Source: Parcubacteria group bacterium Gr01-1014_3 (GTDB lineage: Bacteria; Patescibacteriota; Minisyncoccia; UBA6257; WO2-44-18). From it: a stretch of 64,000 bases of DNA. The DNA lies in contig VMGF01000002.1 of the NCBI GenBank assembly GCA_007376445.1, forward strand, positions 103,928-167,927, in the 5' to 3' direction. Below the pieces are notes generated by a model. The model was not told where the DNA came from, searched no databases, and saw only the letters and a list, made by a program, of their open reading frames with translations. Position numbers and translations under genes: made by a program. Position 1 is the stretch's first letter, and every line of letters begins with the position of its first letter. Below, piece after piece: positions 7,901 through 16,585 of this stretch.

Positions 7901-7902
7901 AG

Positions 7903-7995
7903 TTACGAATATCGAATTAATACGAACAAGCGAATAAACGAATTACGAATTAACCATTCGATTATTCGTATATTCGTTCAGATTCGTTATTCGCC
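7903..7995. promoter_or_regulatory. array of ACGAAT / ATTCGT hexamer repeats in both orientations upstream of the 7355..7900 gene
   Basis: at least 10 copies of (A)CGAAT(A/T) or its complement in 90 bp. Confidence 0.35.
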
Positions 7996-8001
7996 ACACC
8001 T

Positions 8002-9450
8002 TTATATCTTATTTATTCTCTCATAATATTGCCCAATTCCCAAAATGTCGGCTTCGCGCCAATGCTTGCCGATCAGCTGAAAACCAATCGGTAATTTTCC
8101 TTCAACTTTCGCGGGAATTGATATTGCCGGCACCCCAGCCATATTCACAGGGATAGTAAAAATGTCTGAAAGATACATAGAAAGCGGGTCGCTGGTCTTC
8201 TCGCCAATCTTAAAAGCTGGAGTCGGAGAAACCGGGGTTAAAATCACGTCTACTTCCTTAAAGGCATTATCAAAATCTTGTCGCATCAGGCGGCGGACTT
8301 TTTGCGCCTTGGCGTAGTAGGCATCGTAATATCCGGAAGACAAAACGAAAGTTCCGAGAATCAAACGACGCTGAACCTCCGCGCCAAACCCATTACTCTT
8401 ATTTAATTTGTAGAGATCGATCAAATTCTTAGCATTTTTTCCGTGTTCACGAGTGCCATACCGGATGCCGTCGTAACGAGCCAGGTTGGAGCTGACCTCG
8501 GCCGGCATAATGATGTAGTAGCAAGAGATCGCGTGTTTCGTGTGCGGCAAGGTAATTTCTTTAAATTTGATTCCGAGAGTTTTCAAGCTGGCGATCACCT
8601 CATCCATCGCCTTCCGGACTTCCGGAGAAAGGCCGTCGATAAAATATTCGCTCGGAAGACCGATGGTCATATTTTTAATATCCTCGAGTTTTGGATTCAA
8701 AAGTTCGTCGCCGTAATTTACACGAACATTCGTGGAATCGTGCCGGTCTTTGGCCGCTAGGGCTTTAAAAAGAATCGCCGCGTCTTCCACGGTCTTAGTA
8801 ATCGGACCGATCTGATCTAAGCTCGAAGCCATAGCAATCGCGCCATGACGGGATACCGCGCCATAGGTCGGCTTCAACCCAACGACTCCGCAAAGACTGG
8901 CAGGCTGACGAATAGAACCGCCCGTGTCCGTACCGAGCGCGGCCAGGGCCATATTGTCGGCAACAGCAGCAGCCGAACCGCCCGAAGAACCTCCGGGAAC
9001 TCTTTCGAGATCATGCGGATTTTTCGTGATTTTAAACGCGGAATTTTCGGTGGAAGAACCCATCGCGAACTCATCCATATTAGTTTTGCCAAGAAAAACC
9101 GCTCCAGCTTTTTTCAGCTCCACAATTACGGCGGCGTCATAAGAGGCCGTGTAGTTTTCCAGCATCTTCGAGGCGGCGGTCGCCGGTAAACCTTTTATGA
9201 GAATATTGTCCTTAATCGCCATCGGCACTCCAGCCAACGCGCCCACCTCCTCTCCCCTCGCGATCGCCAAATCCGCCTGCTCGGCCTGCTGGTAGGCCTG
9301 ATCCTTGGCGGTACTCAAAAACGCTCCGATCTCCGGATCGCGAACTTCGATGTATTTTAAATAAGCCTGCGCGATCTCAAGCGCGGTAAATTCTTTTTTA
9401 ACTAACCCCTCATGAAAACTTTTAATTGTCAGGTTGTGTAGGCTGTGCAT
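8002..9450 (-). CDS. gatA: Asp-tRNA(Asn)/Glu-tRNA(Gln) amidotransferase subunit A
   Basis: amidase signature GKTNMDEFAMGSSTENSAF, GGSSGGSAAAVA; true start probably MHSLHN (ATG 9448-9450), since the track's 5' extension covers the palindromic intergenic region. Confidence 0.9.
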   Translation of the reverse strand: MHSLHNLTIKSFHEGLVKKEFTALEIAQAYLKYIEVRDPEIGAFLSTAKDQAYQQAEQADLAIARGEEVGALAGVPMAIKDNILIKGLPATAASKMLENYTASYDAAVIVELKKAGAVFLGKTNMDEFAMGSSTENSAFKITKNPHDLERVPGGSSGGSAAAVADNMALAALGTDTGGSIRQPASLCGVVGLKPTYGAVSRHGAIAMASSLDQIGPITKTVEDAAILFKALAAKDRHDSTNVRVNYGDELLNPKLEDIKNMTIGLPSEYFIDGLSPEVRKAMDEVIASLKTLGIKFKEITLPHTKHAISCYYIIMPAEVSSNLARYDGIRYGTREHGKNAKNLIDLYKLNKSNGFGAEVQRRLILGTFVLSSGYYDAYYAKAQKVRRLMRQDFDNAFKEVDVILTPVSPTPAFKIGEKTSDPLSMYLSDIFTIPVNMAGVPAISIPAKVEGKLPIGFQLIGKHWREADILGIGQYYERINKI

Positions 9451-9459
9451 TTTATACTC

Positions 9460-9522
9460 CACTAATATACGAATATAGCGCGGATATACCAATTCGCGAA
9501 TTGGTATATTGGTATATTAGTG
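9460..9522. promoter_or_regulatory. nested palindrome in the gatC-gatA intergenic region (outer cactaatatac/gtatattagtg; inner 24-bp TATACCAATTCGCGAATTGGTATA)
   Basis: perfect dyad symmetry seen directly. Confidence 0.4.
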
Positions 9523-9546
9523 CTTGATTAGTCATATTGGTGAAGT

Positions 9547-9837
9547 TTACTCGAATACTGGCGGAACTTTAAGGTGCCGGTTTTGTTTATCCGGAAAAGC
9601 ATCGACGACTTCCTCCGCGCCAAGTCTTTCTCGAACCGCGTCTTCCCTGAAAATATTCTTCAGATCCGTGCCGCCGGTCATCGGCAAAACACCTTCGGTA
9701 TTTAAAGCCTGTAACTCCTGGAAATGGTTCAAAATATTCTGGAGATCGTGAAGTAATTTTTCTTCCTTTTTCTCATCGAGATGGATTCTGGCCAGATCCG
9801 CCAGGTGCTCAAGTGATTTTTTATTGATAGCGTCCAT
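9547..9837 (-). CDS. gatC: Asp-tRNA(Asn)/Glu-tRNA(Gln) amidotransferase subunit C
   Basis: 96 aa, GatC-like pattern, immediately upstream of gatA. Confidence 0.8.
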   Translation of the reverse strand: MDAINKKSLEHLADLARIHLDEKKEEKLLHDLQNILNHFQELQALNTEGVLPMTGGTDLKNIFREDAVRERLGAEEVVDAFPDKQNRHLKVPPVFE

Positions 9838-9877
9838 GCCTAGTATTTTACAGGAAAAGCTGGGTTTTTCAAATAAA

Positions 9878-9906
9878 AAATCCCCGCTTTACGCGGGGAA
9901 ATTTGT
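9878..9906 (-). terminator. rho-independent terminator downstream of aceA
   Basis: aaatttccccgcg-taaa-gcggggatttttt on the minus strand. Confidence 0.6.
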
Positions 9907-9910
9907 TAAC

Positions 9911-11209
9911 TTACTTCTTTTTCTTCTTTTTGTCCGTGAACTGTTCTTCTTCGGTCGATCCCTTCATAGCCTTCAGGGTTGCCTTGCCGCCAGAAACTAA
10001 ATCCAAGATTGCGTCAAAATACTTTGTGCCGACGACTTCCTGATGGCGCAGGCCTTCATAACCAAACTCTTCGCCTTTCATTTCTTCCTGCTGAATCTCA
10101 GCGTAAGCTGCCATGCCACGCTGAAGATATTGCCGAGAAGCTATGAAGCTCATGAGATTCACGAGATGCCATCCGAACAGAGTCACGAACTGGAACTTAT
10201 ATCCAAGCTTCCCAAGGTCATCCTGAAAAGATTCGATTCGCTTCATAATTTCATCCATCCCTATCGGATCGGCGACATTAAGCTTGTACTTCTTAGCAAA
10301 GAAGTCTACCCATTTGAAAGATGGCGAACAGTTGTAAGCCAAGGGCTTTCCGGGAAATTTCGCGTGAACTTTTTCAGCCACATACCGCGCGTCATCGAGA
10401 TCCGGAGTCGCCGTCTCGCACCAGAGCATTTCCGCGTAAGGCGCGTAAGCCAGCAGTCGTTCAACCGCGAGTTCGAAACCGCCTTTGATCTCATAGAAAC
10501 CTTCGGGGGTCCGCTTGCCGGTCAAGAATGGACGGTCGCGATCATCAATATCGCTGGTAATGTGGCCCGCTTTTTCGGCATCGGTCCGGGCGATAATCAC
10601 CGTAGGAACTTTCAGAATATCCGCCGCTAGACGAGCCTGCTTAAGTTTTTCAATATGCTCCCTGACGGGGACCATGATCTTTCCGCCCAAGTGACCGCAC
10701 TTCTTTCGCGTGGAATCCTGGTCTTCCAGGTGAATCGCCGCCGCCCCTGCGTTAATCAGCATTTTTGTAAGTTCGAAAGTGCTGTTCAGTCCAGCTTCGG
10801 CATCAGCCACAATCGGCACGAACCAGTTTTTCGTATCGTCGCCAGCAAGATGCTTTCGTTCATCTTCACGCTGTAGCGCGTTATTGATTCTGGCCACATG
10901 CGCCGGAACACTGTTCAGCGGATACAAACTCATATCCGGATAGGTTTGACCGGCCAGATTCATGTCTGCCGCAACCTGCCATCCACTGACGTAAATCGCC
11001 TTCATACCGGCGCGCACCATCTGTACGGCCATCGAGCCAGTCAAGGCGCCGAAGCTTTTCACATAATCATTGCCGCTGATCAGTTTACGGAAGTTTTCCG
11101 CGCCACGTCGAGCAGTTTCAATCCCTTCATAACGAACCGTGCCGCTGACACTATCAAGCTGCTTGTTGGTATATGGACGGATCGGAACAAAATTCTTCTT
11201 CTTAGCCAT
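9911..11209 (-). CDS. aceA: isocitrate lyase
   Basis: ICL signature KKCGHLGGK; start taken at MAKKKNF (ATG 11207-11209) with AAGGAGG RBS; overlaps the aceB stop. Confidence 0.85.
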   Translation of the reverse strand: MAKKKNFVPIRPYTNKQLDSVSGTVRYEGIETARRGAENFRKLISGNDYVKSFGALTGSMAVQMVRAGMKAIYVSGWQVAADMNLAGQTYPDMSLYPLNSVPAHVARINNALQREDERKHLAGDDTKNWFVPIVADAEAGLNSTFELTKMLINAGAAAIHLEDQDSTRKKCGHLGGKIMVPVREHIEKLKQARLAADILKVPTVIIARTDAEKAGHITSDIDDRDRPFLTGKRTPEGFYEIKGGFELAVERLLAYAPYAEMLWCETATPDLDDARYVAEKVHAKFPGKPLAYNCSPSFKWVDFFAKKYKLNVADPIGMDEIMKRIESFQDDLGKLGYKFQFVTLFGWHLVNLMSFIASRQYLQRGMAAYAEIQQEEMKGEEFGYEGLRHQEVVGTKYFDAILDLVSGGKATLKAMKGSTEEEQFTDKKKKKK

Positions 11210-12776
11210 TCTTGGCCTCCTTTTCCAGCTTGAGTAGCTTCTCATAGGCTGGGATGGTTAAAAAATCAATGAACTTCGGACTAGTGGCAACTTTGGCAAA
11301 AATCTTAACGGCTTCTGGAAAACGGCCGCTCGTATTCTTACCAAACTCCCTCTTTATAAGCTGGAGAACCAGCTTTTTTGTCACTCGCTTGCCGTTCGTC
11401 ATTTTGACGCGATGCCTGGCCCAGTGCCAAACCTGGCCGCCGGAAACATGCGCTGTGGCCAAATCTTCCATTCGATTTTTCTGCGCCACGCAGCCGATCT
11501 TCCTCAGCCAAGCCTCCAGATAAGAAATGCCAGCCTGAATATTCTCCAGCAGACCATCCTTGGTAACCTCGCCAGCGACTGGCTCAAGAAGTTCTTCCTG
11601 GCCAACCCGAATGTTGATCTCGTGATTCAATTGATTCGGTCCGGGCATCAGCCTGTCAGCAACTTTTTGCGCGACCGGAACATAAGCCGGATGAGCGACC
11701 CAGGTGCCGTCGTAACCAATTGAGAACTCGCGAACTTTATCTGCCTCGGTCTTGGACTCAGCAAACTGATTCCATTCCGGATTATCTTTCGCCGGAATAA
11801 ATGCCGACATCCCGCCGATGGCGTGAGCGCCGCGTCGATGGCAAGTCTGGACCAGTAAGCTCGCGTAAGCCGCGAGAAAACCCTTATCCATGGTCACTAA
11901 TCCGCGATCAGGCAAAACCCGATCTTTGTGTTCACGAAGTTTCTTTATGTAGCTGAAGATATAATCCCAGCGACCGGCGTTCAAACCAGCCGAGTGATCG
12001 CTCAGCGCGTAAAGGATCTCATGCATCTCAAAAGCCGCAGGCAAGGTTTCGATCAGAACCGTGGCCTTGATAGTGCCGTGAGGAATCATGAGCGTCGATT
12101 CGGTGAAGGAAAAAACATTGTCCCAAAGCCCGGCCTCTTCACGACTCTCCATTTTCGGGAGATAGAAATACGGCGCGGAACCTCTGGCGAAGAGCTCGTG
12201 AGCGTTATGATAAACGAACAGGCCGAAATCAAACAAAGATGCCGACACCGGCCGTCCGTGAACTTGCATGTGCTTTTCCAAAAGATGCCAGCCGCGAGGC
12301 CGCACCATAAGAACCGCCCGCTTTTCATTGAGTTTATATTCTTTGCCTTCGGGATTCGTGTAAGTCAATTCACCACGAATAGCGCGATAAAGATTCAATT
12401 GGCCCTGAATTATATTTTCGTAAGTTGGGCACAGTGAATCTTCGAAATCGCTCATGTAAACTTTGGCGCCGGAATTGTAGCCATGGATAACCATCTTGGC
12501 GTCGTTGGCAGGACCAGCAATTTCCACTCGCCGATCACAAAGATCGAACGGAGCGGGATTTACTTTCCATTCGCCAGATCGTAGAACTTCGGTTTCCGGA
12601 AGAAAATCCGGCAACTCACCCTTATCAAATCGGCGCTGTCTGACGGCGCGTTTCTGAAGCAAGAGGACTCGTTCACGGTTAAATTTCTTCTGAAGCTCGG
12701 CCACAAAAAGAAGCGCGTGCGGACTAAGAATATGCTGATATTCCGCGGAAACGCTCTCGGTTAAATCGATTCTCAA
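11202..12776 (-). CDS. aceB: malate synthase A
   Basis: ~524 aa, malate synthase A family conservation throughout (GRWDYIFS, catalytic region). Confidence 0.85.
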   Translation of the reverse strand: MRIDLTESVSAEYQHILSPHALLFVAELQKKFNRERVLLLQKRAVRQRRFDKGELPDFLPETEVLRSGEWKVNPAPFDLCDRRVEIAGPANDAKMVIHGYNSGAKVYMSDFEDSLCPTYENIIQGQLNLYRAIRGELTYTNPEGKEYKLNEKRAVLMVRPRGWHLLEKHMQVHGRPVSASLFDFGLFVYHNAHELFARGSAPYFYLPKMESREEAGLWDNVFSFTESTLMIPHGTIKATVLIETLPAAFEMHEILYALSDHSAGLNAGRWDYIFSYIKKLREHKDRVLPDRGLVTMDKGFLAAYASLLVQTCHRRGAHAIGGMSAFIPAKDNPEWNQFAESKTEADKVREFSIGYDGTWVAHPAYVPVAQKVADRLMPGPNQLNHEINIRVGQEELLEPVAGEVTKDGLLENIQAGISYLEAWLRKIGCVAQKNRMEDLATAHVSGGQVWHWARHRVKMTNGKRVTKKLVLQLIKREFGKNTSGRFPEAVKIFAKVATSPKFIDFLTIPAYEKLLKLEKEAKNG

Positions 12777-12809
12777 TTGCCACCTCCTATTTAAAGGACT
12801 GCGCCTATC

Positions 12810-13286
12810 TTAAAATTTTTTAGCCTCTCCGTCAATGCGTCTGAGCAATAGATAAGACACCACATAAACACCCGCCGTGCTAAAAATCGAAGCTAAGCAA
12901 TATATACAAAGCGCGACGATCACGAAAGCCTGAAGATATAAAAGCGCCATCGAGATCAAAAATCCCAGGAATGACAATTGAAAAATCCGAAGCAGGGTTG
13001 GCCGGCGGCCTTTATCCAAATACCAAACCGACATCACTACTAACGCCAGATAATACAAAGCCCCGATCAACGCCAGTGGCACGCCAAGAACGATCGAGTA
13101 TTCGCTGGTCAAAACTATTTCACAGCCCTCGAGAAGCGTGCACGGCGGGATCTCCCCCATATAATGTAAGGCCGTCAAATAAGCCGTATCGGCAAAGCCT
13201 ATAAGCGCGAAGACCAAAAGTCCGGCTACTAATATTTTACTTTGCCAAATCGATCTCAGATTGGATGGTTGATTTGAATTCATCAT
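12810..13286 (-). CDS. vitamin K epoxide reductase (VKOR) family protein
   Basis: loop cysteines CTLLEGC and TM CIYC (CxxC) motif, 4-5 TM helices. Confidence 0.7.
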   Translation of the reverse strand: MMNSNQPSNLRSIWQSKILVAGLLVFALIGFADTAYLTALHYMGEIPPCTLLEGCEIVLTSEYSIVLGVPLALIGALYYLALVVMSVWYLDKGRRPTLLRIFQLSFLGFLISMALLYLQAFVIVALCIYCLASIFSTAGVYVVSYLLLRRIDGEAKKF

Positions 13287-13887
13287 AGTTATTCGGAACG
13301 TTTAATTTTCGGCCATTAAGATAGAAAGTCGGAGTGGCATTTACGCCTAAGGCTAAACCGCTCTGAAAATCAGCTTCGACTTTGGTTTTTAAAACCGGAT
13401 CTTTTAGGTCCAACGCGTATCGGATCAGATCCAATTCAAGTTGCCGGGCGTAGCCCTCAAAAATCTCAACGCCCACCGCGGAATTAGTCCAGGTGATCTG
13501 ATTATCAAAGATCATCCTATACATTTCCCAAAATTTTCCCTGCTTGCCGGCCGCTTCCGCCGCCATTGCCGCCGGGCGGGCATAAACGTGCTGATTCAAT
13601 GGGAAATGGCGGTATACGAAAGCGAAATTTGCGCCTAAATCTTCGATCAGTTTTTCAACCGCCGGAAAATACGCGGCGCAGGCTGGGCATTGAAAATCAC
13701 TATACTCTACTAGTACAACCTTGGCGTCCTTACTCCCCCGAATCCAATCAGAGGCAGTGATAGTTTTTGCGTCACCCAGAACGTGGTCGCCCATATCGCC
13801 AGGACCGCTGGCCGCGCGGGAGACTACAAGCACTAGGATTGCTAAAATAATCGCTGTAGAAACCCAGATAACTGAACTCTTTTTCAT
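13237..13887 (-). CDS. DsbA-family thiol:disulfide oxidoreductase
   Basis: signal anchor, thioredoxin fold with CPAC active site (FQCPACAAY). Confidence 0.75.
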   Translation of the reverse strand: MKKSSVIWVSTAIILAILVLVVSRAASGPGDMGDHVLGDAKTITASDWIRGSKDAKVVLVEYSDFQCPACAAYFPAVEKLIEDLGANFAFVYRHFPLNQHVYARPAAMAAEAAGKQGKFWEMYRMIFDNQITWTNSAVGVEIFEGYARQLELDLIRYALDLKDPVLKTKVEADFQSGLALGVNATPTFYLNGRKLNVPNNYDEFKSTIQSEIDLAK

Positions 13888-13917
13888 AATAGCTATGCTG
13901 ACACCGATATTATACCA

Positions 13918-14649
13918 CTAAAGGCTTAATCCGGTAAACTGATGCACTAAAAAACCAATCAAGTAAGCCATACTCGCGGCAAAGCCGCCGGTTAAAAGCA
14001 TTTGAAGGCCGTTTTTGAAAAATCCCCCACCGGTAATACTCACACGCGAACCGCCGACGACAAAAAGCGCCAAGCCGGTCAAAGCCATCGAGGCATAAAA
14101 ACCAGTATCGCCGCTGTAGCCAAAAAGATACGGCAGGATCGGGATCAAGCCGATGATGGCAAAGGAAAAGAAGGTGGTGATGGCGTGTCGGATCGGAGTG
14201 GATTTGATATCTTCCTCCGGAATGATCCCCAACTCTCCGATAAGCATCTCGTTAACCCAAACTTTTTTGTCAGCGGCGAGAATCTGCACGGCCCGCTCAA
14301 GATCAGCTCCTTGAAATCCTTTTTTAATATAAATATCCCTCAACTCCTGCAACTCCTCCTCCGGCTTTGTTATGATCTCCTCACCTTCAATGCGTTTTTG
14401 CTCAAGCTCAAAGTCTTGGCGGGACTTGATACCCAGATAATTACTGGTCGCCATGGAAAATCCGTCAGCCACCAGATTAGCAAATCCTAATATTAAAATA
14501 ACCGAGGCCGAAATACCGGCTCCAGCGGAAGCGGCGATAATCGCGAAGGTGGTAATGATGCCGTCATTCGCGCCGTAAACAAAATCCGCGATATACCGAC
14601 CGGCCGTCGCCAAATGCCTGACTTCTTTTTTATGATCCTGATGATCCAT
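13918..14649 (-). CDS. VIT1/CCC1-family iron/manganese transporter
   Basis: YGANDGIITTFAIIAA N-terminal motif, C-terminal TM bundle. Confidence 0.7.
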   Translation of the reverse strand: MDHQDHKKEVRHLATAGRYIADFVYGANDGIITTFAIIAASAGAGISASVILILGFANLVADGFSMATSNYLGIKSRQDFELEQKRIEGEEIITKPEEELQELRDIYIKKGFQGADLERAVQILAADKKVWVNEMLIGELGIIPEEDIKSTPIRHAITTFFSFAIIGLIPILPYLFGYSGDTGFYASMALTGLALFVVGGSRVSITGGGFFKNGLQMLLTGGFAASMAYLIGFLVHQFTGLSL

Positions 14650-14670
14650 TATTTTTTAGAATACCACGTT

Positions 14671-15888
14671 TTATTCGTACCGCAGAGCTTCGATCGGATT
14701 CAAATTCGCGGCGCGGCGCGCCGGATAATATCCGAAAATAATTCCGATCGCGGCGCAAACCCCGAAGGCAATAATGATCGCCATCAACGAAACGCTGGTC
14801 GCGATTCCGGCAAAGGTAGAAACAGCGACCGAGATCAGCCATCCCAAAATAATTCCGATCAGGCCGCCCATGAAAGTCAGCATCAGCGCTTCCGCCAAAA
14901 ATTGGCGGCTAATGTCGAGTTTTTTCGCGCCGATAGCTTTCCGCAAGCCTATCTCGCGAGTCCGCTCAGTAACGGTGGTCAGCATCATATTCATAATGCC
15001 AATACCGCCGACAAGCAAAGAAATACCGGCCACGAACGCCAAGAACATCGTGAAGGTGGTGGTCACTTGATTCAAAGTTCCCAGGATATCCGCCTGTGAG
15101 ATGATCGAAAAATCCGGTTCCGCCGGATCCACCCGGTGCTTCATCGCTAAAACGAATGTCACCTCGTCTTTGACCTGCGCCATCAGATCTTTATCCGCCA
15201 CGCTGACAGAAACCGTGGAAAGATAGTTATCGCCAACCAGAATTTTTTGCATAGTCGAGAGAGGCACAAAAACCGCGTCGTCCTGACCGCCGAATCCGGC
15301 GCCTCCTTTAGCTTCTAAAAGACCGATGACCTTAAAGTTGATTCCGCCAATACGAACCGTCTTGCCAACCGGATCAACTTCACCAAAAAGATCGGCGGCG
15401 GCCGTGGCGCCCAGCACCGCTACCCGCGCCAGACTGCGTGATTGATTTTCATTTATAAATACTCCGCTGGAAAGTTTTAAATTCTTAACGATCGTATATT
15501 CCGGACCAACGCCAAAGACGGTGGAATTGGTGTTATTGCCGACTTGTGAAACTATCTGAAACCGCCTACTTAACTCCGGCGCCACGGAAGCCACGCCTTC
15601 CACCGCGCGAAGTATATTCACATCTTCATTCTTCAAACTTTGCGCGGAGCCTCGGCCAGATGACACAATTCCCCGGCCAGGTTGAACCACGCCCGGGAAA
15701 ATTGTAAGTAAGTTAGAGCCTAACCCTTCGATACTGGACTGGATCACACCCTGCGCTCCTTGTCCGATCGAGACCATCGAGATCACAGAGGCAATGCCGA
15801 TCACAATACCAAGCGTGGTTAAGCTAGACCGCACCTTATTGGACGTTAAAGCTCGGTATGTCTCATGTAATATGTCGGAAATTGGCAT
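14671..15888 (-). CDS. ABC transporter permease, MacB/FtsX family
   Basis: N-terminal TM, large periplasmic domain, C-terminal FtsX-like 3-TM domain; start set at the internal M just after the ATPase stop. Confidence 0.8.
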   Translation of the reverse strand: MPISDILHETYRALTSNKVRSSLTTLGIVIGIASVISMVSIGQGAQGVIQSSIEGLGSNLLTIFPGVVQPGRGIVSSGRGSAQSLKNEDVNILRAVEGVASVAPELSRRFQIVSQVGNNTNSTVFGVGPEYTIVKNLKLSSGVFINENQSRSLARVAVLGATAAADLFGEVDPVGKTVRIGGINFKVIGLLEAKGGAGFGGQDDAVFVPLSTMQKILVGDNYLSTVSVSVADKDLMAQVKDEVTFVLAMKHRVDPAEPDFSIISQADILGTLNQVTTTFTMFLAFVAGISLLVGGIGIMNMMLTTVTERTREIGLRKAIGAKKLDISRQFLAEALMLTFMGGLIGIILGWLISVAVSTFAGIATSVSLMAIIIAFGVCAAIGIIFGYYPARRAANLNPIEALRYE

Positions 15889-15892
15889 AATG

Positions 15893-16576
15893 TTATTTTT
15901 TAATTTCGTCAGATATAATCTGTCCATCGCGGATCTGAATAATTCGCCTGGCGTGTTCGGCAACCTCTCGCTCGTGCGTGATCAGCACGATCGTGCGGCC
16001 GTGCTTTTCGTTTAATTCCTGGAAAGTTTGGAGAACCGCCTCGCCAGTCTTGCTGTCCAGATTGCCGGTCGGTTCGTCGGCCAAGATCAGCGCCGGGTTG
16101 TTCACTAAAGCCCGCGCGATCGCGACCCTCTGCATCATGCCGCCGGAAAGTTGATTGGAATAGTGATTCCAAAAGCCTTCTGGAAAAGCCGCGCCCCGCA
16201 AAGCTGATTTGGCCATTTCTTCCCGTTTTTCAGTAGGAACACCGGCATAGGCCAGCGGCAACATCACGTTCCGCAAAACCGAAGTTCTCGGAAGTAAATT
16301 AAAGGACTGAAAAACGAAACCGATCTTTTTGGTGCGGATTACCGCGAGTTCATCATCGGTAAGCCTTGAGACATCCTGACCATCAATCCAATACTGGCCT
16401 TCGGTTGGCGTGTCTAAGGCGCCTAAAATATGCATCAAAGTAGACTTTCCTGAACCGGACGGCCCCATAATTGCCACGAATTCTCCGTCGTTTATTTTAA
16501 ATGAAGCATTTTTAAGAACCCGCGTTTCTAAATTGCCGCTTTTATAGGCCTTGCTTATGTTCTTGCATTCGAGCAT
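15893..16576 (-). CDS. ABC transporter ATP-binding protein (MacB/LolD type)
   Basis: Walker [10 protein letters not shown], signature [15 protein letters not shown], Walker [12 protein letters not shown]. Confidence 0.9.
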   Translation of the reverse strand: MLECKNISKAYKSGNLETRVLKNASFKINDGEFVAIMGPSGSGKSTLMHILGALDTPTEGQYWIDGQDVSRLTDDELAVIRTKKIGFVFQSFNLLPRTSVLRNVMLPLAYAGVPTEKREEMAKSALRGAAFPEGFWNHYSNQLSGGMMQRVAIARALVNNPALILADEPTGNLDSKTGEAVLQTFQELNEKHGRTIVLITHEREVAEHARRIIQIRDGQIISDEIKK

Positions 16577-16585
16577 GAGAATGAT

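Noticed and set aside
7640-8026. Plus-strand ORF spanning the ACGAAT repeat region
   Set aside because: It overlaps the 7355..7900 gene in antisense and runs through the low-complexity repeat array. It has no RBS.
9451-9492. N-terminal extension of gatA (MVYPRYIRILVEYK)
   Set aside because: This is produced by reading through the perfect-palindrome intergenic element. The conserved GatA N-terminus starts at MHSLHN.
12810-13887. VKOR/DsbA pair as a novel system
   Set aside because: This is a well-known DsbB-replacement arrangement in many bacteria. The 50-nt overlap probably reflects a later VKOR start codon.
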